From contig OZ024743.1 in NCBI GenBank assembly GCA_964016885.1, positions 305,474,001 through 305,538,000 of the forward strand: 64,000 bases of DNA. The letters are read 5' to 3'. The notes beneath the pieces are model-generated. The model was not told the origin of the DNA and ran no database searches. It saw only the letters and a program-made list of their open reading frames with translations. How positions within the stretch are numbered: the stretch's first letter is position 1; each line of letters starts with the position of its first letter. This DNA comes from Eledone cirrhosa (taxonomy: Eukaryota). This document shows positions 36,071 to 48,586 of the stretch, one piece after another. Position numbers and translations under genes: made by a program.

Positions 36071-39000
36071 CACCATTAACAAGAGGAAGGCAACGACGAC
36101 AACAGTGTCAGTAACAACAACAACTCTACCATTAACAAGAGGAAGCCAACCCCAGCATCATTGACTCACCACCAGCAACTAGGTCCTATGACAAACTGCT
36201 AAGTTGCTCGCATATGTGCGTGCTGGACTCTGGGTCGTTCCGCTGGGAACAACTCCTTGTTTTCTCACCCATCCATCCATTCACTCATTCAGTTAATGCC
36301 ATTCTACCTTCCTGTGTCTCCCCCTCCATGCAGCCCCTTTTCGCTCTCGCTTTCTGGCACCTCCATATATATGCGGCCCTCTTACCAGCACTTTCGCTTC
36401 CACCCACAAACGCCAGCCACCCACCCCTAATGCCGCTCGGTGCCCCAGTCTCCGGCCTCACGCTCCATCCCCCACCCTCCAAATCGGGACCTGTAGCACT
36501 TGCGGCACCACTAACAAACGGAAGAGGAGCCGGAATTGTTTTGGATGCGGCTGCTTCCACCACCTCACCTGCGTTAGCTTGACACGTCGAACATCCAATG
36601 CCCTCGCAGCGTGGAGGTGCAGGAGCTGCCTATTCCCCACGTCTTCCCAGCCACGGCCGCCTGGCACACCACCAGAAGGGACAGCGAGCTTTCCTGATGC
36701 CCGAGCCTCGCTGGTCAACATCGCTCGGCTCAGGCGGTTCCGGAAGTTCCCACTCAGGATCCCGAGAGCGGCACAGATGCAGGTAGCCGATGCCCTCGTT
36801 TCCTCGGTTGAGAGCGCTCTGGACTCCAATTGAGCTAGTGACTGGGAGTGGCTGTACTATTTCGCCCCACTCTCCCTCGGCCTCCCCCGGTCTGGCGCTG
36901 ACAGGGGCGGCCGGTCAACAGCAGCCTTCGTCAAGGCCAATGTCTCGTCATTTTGTCGAGCACCCATTCCAAGCGTGCCCAGGGACGCCACACACCTCAC
37001 TCTCAGGTACTCCCTATCCTCCACCCCGAGGCCAGCGCGAAGCGTTTGCGTGACCAGGTAAACGCAAAGCTTATCATGGGTGATGTCTCGGCCGCAGTCA
37101 GAGTTGTTGCCTCAGAGGAAACTGTCCTCCAATCAACCTAGGAGGTCCTGGCTGCTCTGCGGTTCAAAAACCCTGAGCCACACACTGATCTCAGATCCAT
37201 ACCTCCACCCGAACCCCACTTGCTCCTTGTGGCTACTGATGCAGATATCAGGTCCGCCATCAGGTCCTTCCCAGCTAGCAGCTGCGGAGGTGTTTATGGT
37301 CTCCGACCAGGCCACCTCAAGGAGTTGACATCGGCCCCTCTCCGCTGAGACGGGTGCCGCCTTCTGAGTGCAATTGTGGTGCTCACCAATAGGCTCATCC
37401 ATGGAGCCCTCGACCCTTACGTCCGAGGCCAGTTTTTTTCGGCCAGCCTCACCGCTCTCAGGAAGAAAGAGGGAGGCATACGCCCCATTACTGTGGGTAA
37501 TGTCTTCCGGAGGCTGCCTGCCAAGGTGATCTGAAAGTCCGTCACACACGAACTGGGTGAGGAGTTTAGTCCGGTGTAACTGGGTGTCGGCGTGTCCGAT
37601 GGTTGTGAGGGGGTTGCACTTGCAACCAGGCAGTTCTTCAGCAGCTGCCCATCGGTACCGGCATCCAGGGACTCCAGGCACCTCATTGTTAAGCTTAACA
37701 TGAGGAATTCCTTCAACTCTTTACGCCGGGATCATCTGCTCGAGGCCTGCCTCCGCCGAGCCTCCTCTGCCTACCCGCAGGCCTACCGGTCATATGGAGC
37801 CCCGAGCATGCTCCTAGTTGCTTATACGACCATACACTGGGCTACTGGGGTCCAACAGGGTGACCCTTAGAGACCCCTCATGTTCGCCCTTGGTATTGAC
37901 CATATCGCCCGCAGTATCACGGCCCCTCTCAACGTTTGGTATCTGAATGATGTTACGTTGGGCGGGCCCGTACGGACGGTCTGCCATGACCTTCAATCGG
38001 TGGTTCCTGCCCTAGCGGGAATCGGCCTTCGGGTCAACTCGCCAAGTCGGAGGTGGTGAACGTTAGCGTCGATGCTGAGAGCTTTGCATCCTCCGTCTTG
38101 GACGTACGGTCCATCCTCCGCCAGGATTAGGTGACCCACAAAGAGGATGTCCTCATCCTCGGGTCACCGATCCACCCGCCGGCCATCCGCTCCACCATCA
38201 GATCCAGGCTTCAACAGCTCCAGACTCTCACGAGCCGACTGGGCTTGATTGACGGTCACCTAGCTCTCTTTCTGCTGAGGAACTGCTTCGCCATGCCGAA
38301 GCTCCTCTATACACTCCGCAGCGGTCCGTGCTACACCCAGACATCTCTCCTCGCTGACCTCGATACTTGTATCCGAGCAGCAGCCGAGGGGATCTGCAAC
38401 GTCAAGTTTGACGACATAGGGTGGCAACAGGCCACTTTACCGGTCAGGTAAGGCGGCCCTGGCCCCCGGTCCCCGATCTCACTAGCTTTGCCGGCGTTCT
38501 CTTTCGTCGGTAACACGTGCCGCATCCTCGTCAGCAGGGTTCTTCAAAATACAACAGAACCCTCTGTATTCAGAGAACGTGAAGCCGCCTGTGAGACGTG
38601 GGACCGGCTGGAATTTAGCCCAGTAGACGTGCCTCCTCCTTCTCCCCCTGTTGACGTCAAGTCCCCCCAACGCACTTGGGATGCCATCCAGTGCAGCCTG
38701 GCCTCTGACAGGCCCACGCGCAAACTCGACCAGCATCGCCCTGCTTGTTTACGTGCGGCCCCCCAAGCCCCACAGGGGTGCCTGGCTCCATGTCCTGCCC
38801 TCCTTCTCCACCAGCACGCAGCAAACATAGCCTGCAAATCAGCGTTTCCCTGACGCTCGGCCTCCGGATATGCCAGCCACACCAGTGTCGCTGCGGTTCC
38901 ACCGTGGATCTTTCGGCCTCCACCCGCTTTTCAGTCGCCGCAGTGCCGGCCGCATTCCACGCCATGCTGCCCTCAACGAGGTCATTAAGCATGGCTTGGA

Positions 39001-39135
39001 CGCTGCAGGCTTCCCTTTCCAGCTCGAGCCGGTGGGGCTGTATCGAAGGGACAGACGCAAAAGGCCAGATGGCATGACCATCTTCCCGTTCCGCGGTGGC
39101 AAACCCCTCGTCTGGGATGCCACTTGCACCGACTT
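36071..39135 (+). mobile_element. CRE-clade non-LTR retrotransposon copy 1, decayed, 3' end deleted
   Basis: PHD-like finger, GLRPGHLK, GGIRPI.VGNVFRRL, GVQQGDP, CRCG..RHAALNEVI, RPDGMTIFPF.GGKPLVWDATC. Confidence 0.88.
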
Positions 39136-39940
39136 TTTAAAGCCGTTTCGACAGCTAGATACGACCGCAGTTCTGATCTACCTGTCAAAACGGCCGGAGC
39201 TCAGCCACTCTACTACCCTAAGTATCGAGTTCTCCGGTTTGTTATGGTCTACCAGGTTTCTTACCACACTTTCTTTGTTGTTAATTTGGGAGTATGCTTG
39301 TTTAGAAAATGTTTGAAACTATCGAGTAAATAACTAAAATTGATTCGATATGTATTTTATGAGTGAGTCTAACAAACATAAGACTTGTTATGGACCCAGT
39401 GAAATTAAATTACTTTTCCAATAGTGGGCAAAATTTGGTGATCAACACGAAATATTTAGAAACACTTTCAAAGATTGTACTGTCTAAAATCATATCTATA
39501 GTAATTTAACTACACATTGGTCAGCAGGGAATAACGTGTTTTCTTGGGCTCTGCTTGAGCCAGCAGCAACACACGCAACCACGTGTTGCTACACACACGG
39601 GGGAACAAAATAATCCCTGAAATACAGATATGTACATGTATATCTTTATATCTAAATATCGTTATTATTATTTACTGATGCCCGTCTGTGTTTATCGTGA
39701 AATACATGTTCATTAATATATGTACCCGTGTATATACATATAATTATGTGTGTGCAGTTTCCTGTGATTGAAAACAAAATTTTCTGGAACTGCAAATTCA
39801 ACACCAAACGAGGTAAACATTTTCAACTTTTCCACATCCACTCTGTCTAAAGGTTCTCTTAACATAATATCTGCTCCAAGCTCTATTTAAGATTTATTTA
39901 CCATACATTGATGATCTTACGCTTGGATTACCAATTACTC

Positions 39941-42407
39941 TTTAGTAGTGTAGTATATTATAAAAATAGCGCCACGAGTAACCATTTAGCAGAAAGATAT
40001 GATAGTAATATCGACAACGAGTAACATAATAATGATGTCAACAAGAGAAATAAGAGATGATATGTATGTTTATTTGTTGTAGTACAAAGTAATGTTTGTT
40101 TAATTGGACAGTCAAAGTTAAACATAAAAGGGTTATAAAAGGAATGTGGCATTGTGCCAGGCCCAAGGAAGGCCGACAGGCCAAAGTTCAAATCTCACCG
40201 TTATATATTGTTTGGGCTTGCGGAGCAAAAGAAGTGGTCTTTACCTTAGCATGGTCAAGCTGCAAGACAAAGATTTCTGAGCTGACGCGAATTTTTCCTT
40301 CAGGGTGTGTCGAGATACATTCTCCTACGCTGGAGGCGATTGGCTGAGCTGAGCCAAATAACGCACAGAGAATGTATCTATGAGCCCAAGGATTGTAGAT
40401 CACTACAATACCCTCTTCCTTGTCGCAAGACAATATATAAAATTGAATCAGCAGGAAAACTGCTGAAAGAGCACATCAATGAAAAAAAATGAACAAAAGA
40501 ATGCATGCAAGAAGAAAAATGAGGCGCTAAGGGCCGTGTTGAGCCGCTGTGTCAAATGACTAGCTGCGTTGCTATTTATACGTGACAACCAGGGGTTTAA
40601 CAGAAAACCGATTAAGTCTGACATGGGAAAAGTTGCTGTTCTTGCATTAAATGTTGGCTGTTATGGTAAGTGTTGTACCAGAGCTGTGGATGAAGCTGTT
40701 ATGATAGTTTACCAGTAGGTGTTGTCAATGATGGTGCTGTTTATGCTTTACCAGAGCTGTATAGCTGTTATGGTAAGTGTTATACCAGAGCTGTTATGGT
40801 AAATGTTATACCAGAGCTGTATAGCTGAAGCTGTTATGGTAAATGTTGTAGCAGAGATGGCAAGAATCTGATTGGTAGGCGAGAAATTGTCGGCCTCCCA
40901 GATGAATTGCCGGAAGTGCTAGGCAGCCAGGAAAAGATATGGCTAGTTGCTTTGAAAAGAATAATGCAAGTTGAATCTGTAGGTGGGTAGTAGTTGAAGT
41001 GGTAATTCCATAATTCTGGCGAATCCATAGAAGAAATGGTGGAAATGCTGACTGGTCCAGTTCCATTTGTTTTCCCAGTGAGTCGGGCAAAGTAACAAGA
41101 TGGAGATTGTTATGCTAATGGACGATGAATGTGCAACGACATGCGAAAATGTTTGAATCCAGCTGCAATTAGCATTTTCCTGTTGCGGTGCAGGTGAATT
41201 AAGCTCCAAGTGTCGACAGCATGTTTTGGTACCTCCACCAGTTGAAAAGGGATCTCGCATAATATTACGACGCTTGAAGATCATATACCATAGACAACAA
41301 CATGTTGCTGTGTGACAAAGAAATGTGTGAGTATATGCAGCCATGTAATACAGCAAGGAAAATGTGTGCGTGCAGTCATATATACAATGATAGAAAAAAA
41401 ATGAATTTTCATATTATACAATTTAAAAGAAATAAACGTCCTAACATTGCCTGTAAAAAAAGGAAGAAAGAAAGAATTGTTTTTTAACAAAAAGATCGCC
41501 TTTTCTTTTCTTTGAAATTTCTTTGGGAAGCTAGTAGAATTGTTGTTGTTGTTGTTGCTATCAAAGCGAAGGCGAGCGTTGAAGAGCCGTAAATCACCAC
41601 GTGAGTTTGGTGTTTGCTTGTTGGTATTGCAGGAAGCCGTATCGAAAGAAAAATGTTTCCGTGCTATAATTTTGAAAATACAGCTAATTTTTTTCTTTCA
41701 AAGATGTTGTCGTAGGCGGGTTGATGAAAGTTAAACCACGTGTTGTTCTTCAAAAAAAAAAAACTACTTCCATTTTTTTCCTCGTGGTGAAATTTTTTTT
41801 TTTAACATATATACTGCCAATTTTTATTTATTTCAAAAGGAATATTTTTCACCCAAAATATTCCTCCGTCGGAGTCACCATTTTTAGAAGTATGGTATTA
41901 TACATATATTATTATCACAGTTTTATCGGGGTCGCCATTTTTAGCAGTGTAGTATATTATAAAAATAGCGCCACGCGTAACCATTTTAGCAGAAAGATAT
42001 GATAGCAATATCGACAACGAGTAACATAATAATGATGTCAACAAGAGAAATAAGAGATGAGATGTATGTTTATTTGTGGAAGCACAAAGTAATGTTTGTT
42101 TAATTGGACAATCAAAGTTAAACATAAAAGGGTTATAAAAGGAATGTGGCATTGTGCCAGGCCCAAGGAAGGCCGACAGGCCAAAGTTCAAATCTCACCG
42201 TTACATATTGTTTATGCTTGCGGAGCAAAAGAAGTGGTCTTTACCTTAGCATGGTCAAGCTGCAAGACAAAGATTTCTGAGCTGACGCGAATTTTTCCTT
42301 CAGGGTGTGTCGAGATACATTCTCCTACGCTGGAGGCGATTGGCTGAGCTGAGCCAAATAACGCACAGAGAATGTATCTATGAGCCCAAGGAACGTAGGT
42401 CATTACA
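39941..42407 (-). mobile_element. non-autonomous Gypsy-type LTR element; LTRs 41941-42407 (5') and 39941-40407 (3')
   Basis: 467-bp direct repeats exactly 2000 nt apart, starting TGTA on the minus strand; PBS-like tggcgaccccga and tggtgactccgacg (complementary to the tRNA-Trp 3' end); PPT aaggaagaggg before the 3' LTR; 4-bp TSD actc. Confidence 0.85.
40625..40860. repeat. degenerate ~26-bp minisatellite inside the LTR element
   Basis: Recurring gctgttatggtaa(g/a)tgtt.taccaga. Confidence 0.7.
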
Positions 42408-42526
42408 ACTCAAATATTTTTTGCGTTCCAAACATTCGCGATCATTAATTCACTGTCTAATACGAGATTCCTGGAATCAGAATGTGCTGCTATGATGGAA
42501 TACATTCTAGAATGGAAACATAACCA

Positions 42527-42692
42527 CAAATAATTGTTTCTACTTTTGGCACAAGGCCAGCAATTACCCAGTACATTAATGGTACTTTAATTTGTCGACC
42601 CCGTATGGATGAAAAGCGGGATTTGAACTCAAATCGTAAAGGGTCGTAAATCTATGCTAGAAAACATGTCCGACGCTCTACCGATACTGCCA
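42527..42692 (-). mobile_element. OK-like SINE
   Basis: Reverse match with an internal deletion. Confidence 0.85.
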
Positions 42693-43271
42693 AATAAATG
42701 CTATTAACCATTGATAGGAACCTCACAAATATAACGCACCAAAATATACGCGAAGAGCGAGAGAAAGAAACAAAATAAAAGGAAGGAGGACGAAATAAAA
42801 AACAAAAAACGACCAGCAATTCACTGCCAAATAATTTTTTGAATCGGTATAGAAAGAGTAAAAAAAATTTAAAATGAACCAACACGTGTTGCTCCCCACA
42901 CGGATATACACATATATATGTGTGTATTTGACATACAAACACACATATCTACGTGGGCATACATGTATGTGTATATATGTATGTGTATGCTAATATTATG
43001 CCATTTCTTGGAGAAAGCATACCCATTTACAGATTTTTTCATCCCATTGAATGAGATCCGTACAGAGCTGTTATACTAGTCGCGAATTATTAAACATTAT
43101 AGTTCGCCATACGTAACTCAACACGCGAAGTCCATAATGATGTTGATCCTGACATCGATGAAGGAAATTTGCTTGCATCAGATACCAACCCTCTTGAGTT
43201 AATGAATTTTTATCTTCAAACATTTACCACGCTGCTTCATCACTTCTAACACATTCTCATATCCACTAGAC

Positions 43272-44269
43272 CAGTGCTTCTCAAAGTATCTGACGTGGCG
43301 GACCGGCATTTTTTTTTCAATGTGCCACGTACCGCTAATATTTCGTAGTAATATTAATTTATACCGGAAACGCTATATATAATGAATATAATAAAAGTTG
43401 ACCATTTTTTTTTATCTTCTATTTATTTTGTAAACAAATAATACAATATCAAAAGATATAAAAAAGTAATTAAAAAAAATAACAAGCAGTTTATTAACAC
43501 AAAAATATAAATTATATAACCTTAATCTTTACTAGTGTGAAAGGTGAGCATGTTTCTTCTTTGTCAGTTTATCCAGTCGTGATTCAATTGAGCACAGTGC
43601 CACGCGCAATGGAGAATGAATATCCATATTATTCCTGTATTTTATCTTAATAACACTCATGTGAATGAGGGAATACCACGTAAATAATGTTTTTTTACTG
43701 GTAAGAATTAATCAGGCTAGTTTGAGCGTGAGAAAATAGTTACATTAAGGGAAGAAAAAAATTATTTGGGGATACGGGCCGAAGTAAAGGGAGCATGGTT
43801 TTGAAGGGAGACTAAAGTATCATTCGGCGGCATTACAATATGACAAATATACTACATTTACTTACATAATCTCTACTACAGCCCGTAAGTACCACGTGTC
43901 ACCACCGGCCAACTGATAAGTTGTTTACTTACTACAGTAGGTCGTTTAGTCACCGAAACTGATGCTGCACGATCCATCTTCTGTTATTTGACTTTCTTTC
44001 TTCATAGAAAACTATAATATATTATCAACTTATATTTTTACTATCAGGTTAATTTACCTATTATTGTCATAATGTTCACCCCCAGTTTTCGTTGCATAAG
44101 GACAAATTACTGAAACTAGCAGTCACAGCCTAAAATTTCCTTGAAATTCCTTAGATTCTACCAATTCCTTAAATGATTCTTTAGCATGGCCTGGACACTG
44201 GCCGCGTACCGGTAGCTGATGATTCGCGTACCGGCACCGGTCCGCGGACCACCACTTTGTGTAGCACTG
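43272..44269 (-). mobile_element. non-autonomous hAT (Buster/Charlie) element (truncated mirror copy 56504-57330)
   Basis: TIRs cagtgcttctcaaag / ctttgtgtagcactg; 8-bp TSD cactagac/cgctagac; minus-strand C-terminal relic IKIKYRNNMDIHSPLRVALCSIESRLDKLTKKKHAHLSH*. Confidence 0.9.
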
Positions 44270-44423
44270 CGCTAGACTCTCTCCATATCTACATTGATGA
44301 TTTTTACGCTTGGATTATCTGATTACCCAATAGTCAAACCTTCGCGGCATTAACTCACAGTTTAATCCATGGTGCAGTATGTGCTGTTATGATGGAATAC
44401 ATCCTAGAATAGAAATATAACCT

Positions 44424-44660
44424 CAAATAATTGTTTCTACTTTTGGCACAAGGCCAGCAAATACCCAGTGCATTACTGGTACTTTATTTTATCGACCCCG
44501 TAAAGATGAAAGGCAAAGTTAACCTCGGCGGGATTTGAACTCACAATGGCAAGAGCCGTAACTCTATGCGTCAACGCATGGCGTCCGACCCACTACCGAG
44601 ACTGCCACCTCAAATAATTGTTTCTACTTTAGGCACAAGGCCAGCAATTACCCACTGCTC
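44424..44660 (-). mobile_element. OK-like SINE plus a 3' fragment of a second copy (mirror 56118-56348)
   Basis: Family match; ctcaaataat repeated three times. Confidence 0.88.
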
Positions 44661-44852
44661 AAATAATAAATGCTAGGAACCTCACACATTTAACGCACCG
44701 AAACATACGAGAAGAGCGAGTGAAAGAAATAAAAACAAATGGAAACATAAAACAAAACAAAACAAAACCGACCACCAATTCACTGTCAAATCATTTGAAT
44801 CGGATTAGACAGATAGAAAGAAAAAAACAAAAAAAAAAATAGAATATATTTA

Positions 44853-44993
44853 ATTGCCATTGTGCTGCCAAATGAGGCCGAAAGCCACTGACCCGCATCT
44901 GCGGTCAAGAAGGCGACAGCAACAGGATAATAACATCGACCCCGCATCTTTGGTGAAAGGAGGCACTCGAACCTCAGCATACTGCCTGGCAAT
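44853..44993 (+). ncRNA. candidate structured RNA directly upstream of CRE copy 2 (mirror 55785-55925)
   Basis: GC-rich island closed by attgcca/tggcaat, with inner stems tgagg/cctca and tgacccgca-tc-tgcggtca. Confidence 0.4.
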
Positions 44994-45021
44994 CCAAATT
45001 GATAGCAGTTTTATCTACCAC

Positions 45022-48000
45022 CACCCTTAACAAGAGGAAGGCAACGACAACAACTGTGACATTAACAACAACCACACATATGTGTATACATCAACATCTT
45101 ACCAGCAATAACTACCACTACCATTATCAAAAGGAAGCCAACTCCAGCATCAGTGACAATAACAACACATAGGTTTTCAGGATTGAATGACTCACCGCCA
45201 GCCACAAGATCCTATGAGAAACTTCCAACATGCTCACATGTGTGCGTGCTGAACTCTGGGTCTTTCCGCTGGGAACAACTCCGTTTTCTCCCCCCCTCCC
45301 CCCAACTTTCGGGGTTTTTGGGGTTTTTTTTTTCATACATTCATCCATTTACTCATTCATTTGGGTAACATTCTACCTTCTTGTGTGTCCACCTCCATGC
45401 ACCCCCTTCTTTTCTCTCTTGACTTCTGACACCTCTATATCTGATGTAGGTTAGCTATGAGGCCCTGTTACCAGCACTTTCCCTTCCACCCACACCCACC
45501 AGCCACTCACCACTGATGCCGCTCAGTACCCCAGTTCCCGTCCACACGCCCCATTCCCCATCCCCACAAGCTGACGCCTGCAGCACTTGCAGCCCCACTA
45601 ACAGAAGGAAGAGGGGCCGGAACTGTTCGGGGAGCGGCTGCTTCCACCACCTCACCTGTGTTGCCTTGTCACGTCGAGCTGCCAGTGCCCTCGCAGCGTG
45701 GAGATGCAGGAACTGCCTCTTCCCCTCGTCTACCCAGCCACGGCCGTCTGGCACACCACCAGATGAGACAGCTAGCTTGCCTGACGCTCAAGCGTCGCTG
45801 GTCAACATCGCTCGGCTCAGGCGTCTCCGGAAGATGCCACTCAGGATCCCGAGAGCGGCCCGGGTGCCGGTACCGATGTCCTCGCTTCCTCGATTTAGAA
45901 CGCCCTGGACTCCAATCGAGCCAGCGACTGGGAGCGACTCTTTTATTTCGTCCCACTCGCCCTCAGCCTCCCTAGCTCTGGCGCTGATGGGGGTGGCCGG
46001 TTCACAGCAGCCTTCGTCCAGGCCAATGTTTCGTCCTTTGGGCAAGCGCCCATTCCAAGCGTGCCTAGGGACGCCTCATACCCCACCCTCGTATAACCCC
46101 CAATCCTCCACCCCTGAGGCCAGCGCCAAGCGTTTGTGTGACCGCGTAAATGCTAAACTAATCATGGGTGATGTCTCGGCCGCAGTCAAAGTGGTTGCCT
46201 CAGATGACACTGTCCTCCAACCTACCTAGGAGTTACTGGCTGCCCTGCGACTCAGGCACCCTGTCCCACCCGCTGATTTCAGACCCATACCCCCACCCGA
46301 CCCCAACTTTCCCCTTGTGGCTTCCGACGCAGACATCATGTCTGCCATCAAGTCCTTCCGAGCTAGCAGCTGCGGAGGTGTTGATGGTCTCCGACCAGGC
46401 CACCTCAAGGAGTTGACATCCCCCCTCTCCGCTGAGGCCGGGCGCCGCCTTCTGAGTGCAGTTGTGGTGTTCACCAATAGGCTCATCCATGGCGCCCTGG
46501 TCCCTCACGCCCGAGGCCTCTTTTATTCGGCTAGCCTCACCACTCTCAGGAATAAAGAGGGTGGCATACGCCCCATCGCTGTGGGCAATGTCTTCCGGAG
46601 GCTGGCTGTCAAGGTGGTCTGCAGGTCCATAACACCCGAACTGGGTGAGGAGTTCAGTCCGGTACAACCGGGTGTCGGCGTGTCCGGTGGCTGTGAGGGG
46701 GCCACACATGCAACCAGGCAGTTCTTCAACAGCTGCCCACCGGAACCAGCATCCAGGGACTCCAGGCACCTCATTGTCAAGCTTGACATGAGGAATGCCT
46801 TTAACTGCTTACGCCGGGACCATCTGCTCGATGCCTGCCTCAGTCGATCCTCCTCTGCCTACCTGTCGCATGGAGCCCCGAGCATGCTCCTTGCTGCTTA
46901 TACGGTCATAACTTCAGTTACTGGGGTTCAACAGGGCAACCCTTTGGGAGCCCTCTTGTTTGCCCTTGGTATAGACCATGGAGTATCACGGCCCCTCTCA
47001 ACGTTTAGTATCTGGATGATGCTACGTTGGACGGGCCCGTAAGGACTGTCTGCTATGACCTACAATCGGTGGTTCCTGCCCTGGCGGGAATCAGCCTCCA
47101 GGTCATCTCGGCCAAGTCGGAGGTGATGAACGTTAGCGTCGATGCTGCGAGCTTTGCAGCCTCCGTCTTGGACGTACGGTCCATTCGCCGCCAGGTTTAG
47201 GTGACCCCCAAAGAGGATGTCCTCATCCTCGGGTCACCGATCCACCCGCCGGCCATCTGCTCCACCATCAGGTCCAGGCTTCAACAACTCCAGACTCTCA
47301 CGAGCCGACTGTGCTCTACGGCCACCCAGCTCACTTTCTGTTGAGGAACTGCTTCGCCATGCCGAAGCTCCTCTATACGCTTCACAGATCTCCGTGCTAC
47401 ACCCACACATCTCTCCTCGCTGACCTCGATACTTGTATCCGAGCAGCAGCCGAGGAAATAGGCAACGTCTAGTTTGACGACATTGGATGGCAACAGGCCA
47501 CTTTACCTGTCAGTTATGGCGGCCTTGGCCTTCGGTCACCGATCTCGCAGGCTTTGCCGGCGTATCTTTCGTCGGTAACCTCATGCCGCGTCCTCGTCAG
47601 CAGTGTTCTTCAAAACACAATAGAACCCTCTGTGTTCAGGGAATGTCAGGCCGCCTGTGAGACGTGGGACCGACTGGGACTTAGCCCAGTAGACTCCCCT
47701 CCACCTTCTCCCCCTGCTGAAGTAAAGTCACCCCAAAGCACTTGAGATGCCATCCAGTGCAGCCTGGCCTCAGACAGGCTCACGCTCCAGCTTGACCAGC
47801 ACCGCCTTGCCTGCTTTCGTGCGGCCTCCAAACCTCACAGTGGCGCCTGGCTCCATGCCTTGCCCTCCTTCTCCACTGGCAGGCAGCTAGATAACAATAT
47901 CCTGCGTATGGGCATTTTAATGAGGCTCGGCCTCCGGATCTTCGAGCCACACCAATGTCGTTGTGGATCCACCGTGGACTCTTTCGGCCTCCACACGCTA

Positions 48001-48586
48001 TCCTGTCGCCACAGTGCCGGCCGCCGCACACGCCATTCTGCGCTCGACGAGGTCATAAACCATGGCTTGGACGCTGTGGGCTTCCCTTCCCAGCTCGAGC
48101 CAGTGGGGCTGGACTGAGGGGACGGCAAAAGGCCAGATGGCATGACCATCTTCCCGTTCTGCGGTGGCAAACCCCTCGTCTGAGATGCTACTTGCACCGA
48201 CACTTTCTGCAGCCACAACCTGGTGCAGTCTACCACTAACCCAGGTTATGCTGCACGTCGGGATGAGGAGGCCAGACTCCTCAAATACCGGTTGCTCTCC
48301 GACAGGTTTGCGGTTGTACACCTGGCAGTGGAGACTTCTGGTGTCCTCGGCCCTAGGGCTACCTCCCTACTCACCACCATAGGCGCTGAGCTGGCGAGGC
48401 ACAGGTGTGAATACCGCGAGTTGGAGTGGATTTTTTCCAGCGCGTCTACCTTGCCCTCCTCCGGGGAAGCGCCTTCTCCATCCTGTCCGCCGGGGCTGGG
48501 GGTGGGGGTGGGTGCATCACATAACATTACATATTTAACTATGTGCACAATCATATACATGCACTGATTGCTCTGCATAAAAAAAA
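45022..48586 (+). mobile_element. CRE-clade non-LTR retrotransposon copy 2, near full length, pseudogenised, poly(A) end
   Basis: ORFs 45516..46229 (PHD-like finger), 46317..47042 (RT), 47860..48117 (CCHC + RH of the RLE), then RPDG..DATC and K..KY..L; ends ctctgcataaaaaaaa. Confidence 0.9.

Noticed and set aside
36200-39300. Dense overlapping GC-rich ORFs on both strands as host genes
   Set aside because: They are alternative frames of the decayed CRE ORF
40096-40347. Repeated ORF MFNWTVKVKHK... (3 copies)
   Set aside because: Lies wholly within LTRs, is frameshifted in one copy and has no recognisable domain
44853-44993. U4 snRNA or twister ribozyme identity for the structured island
   Set aside because: Only short word matches (gcca.atgagg; ctgccaa.tg); the remaining conserved cores and an Sm site are absent
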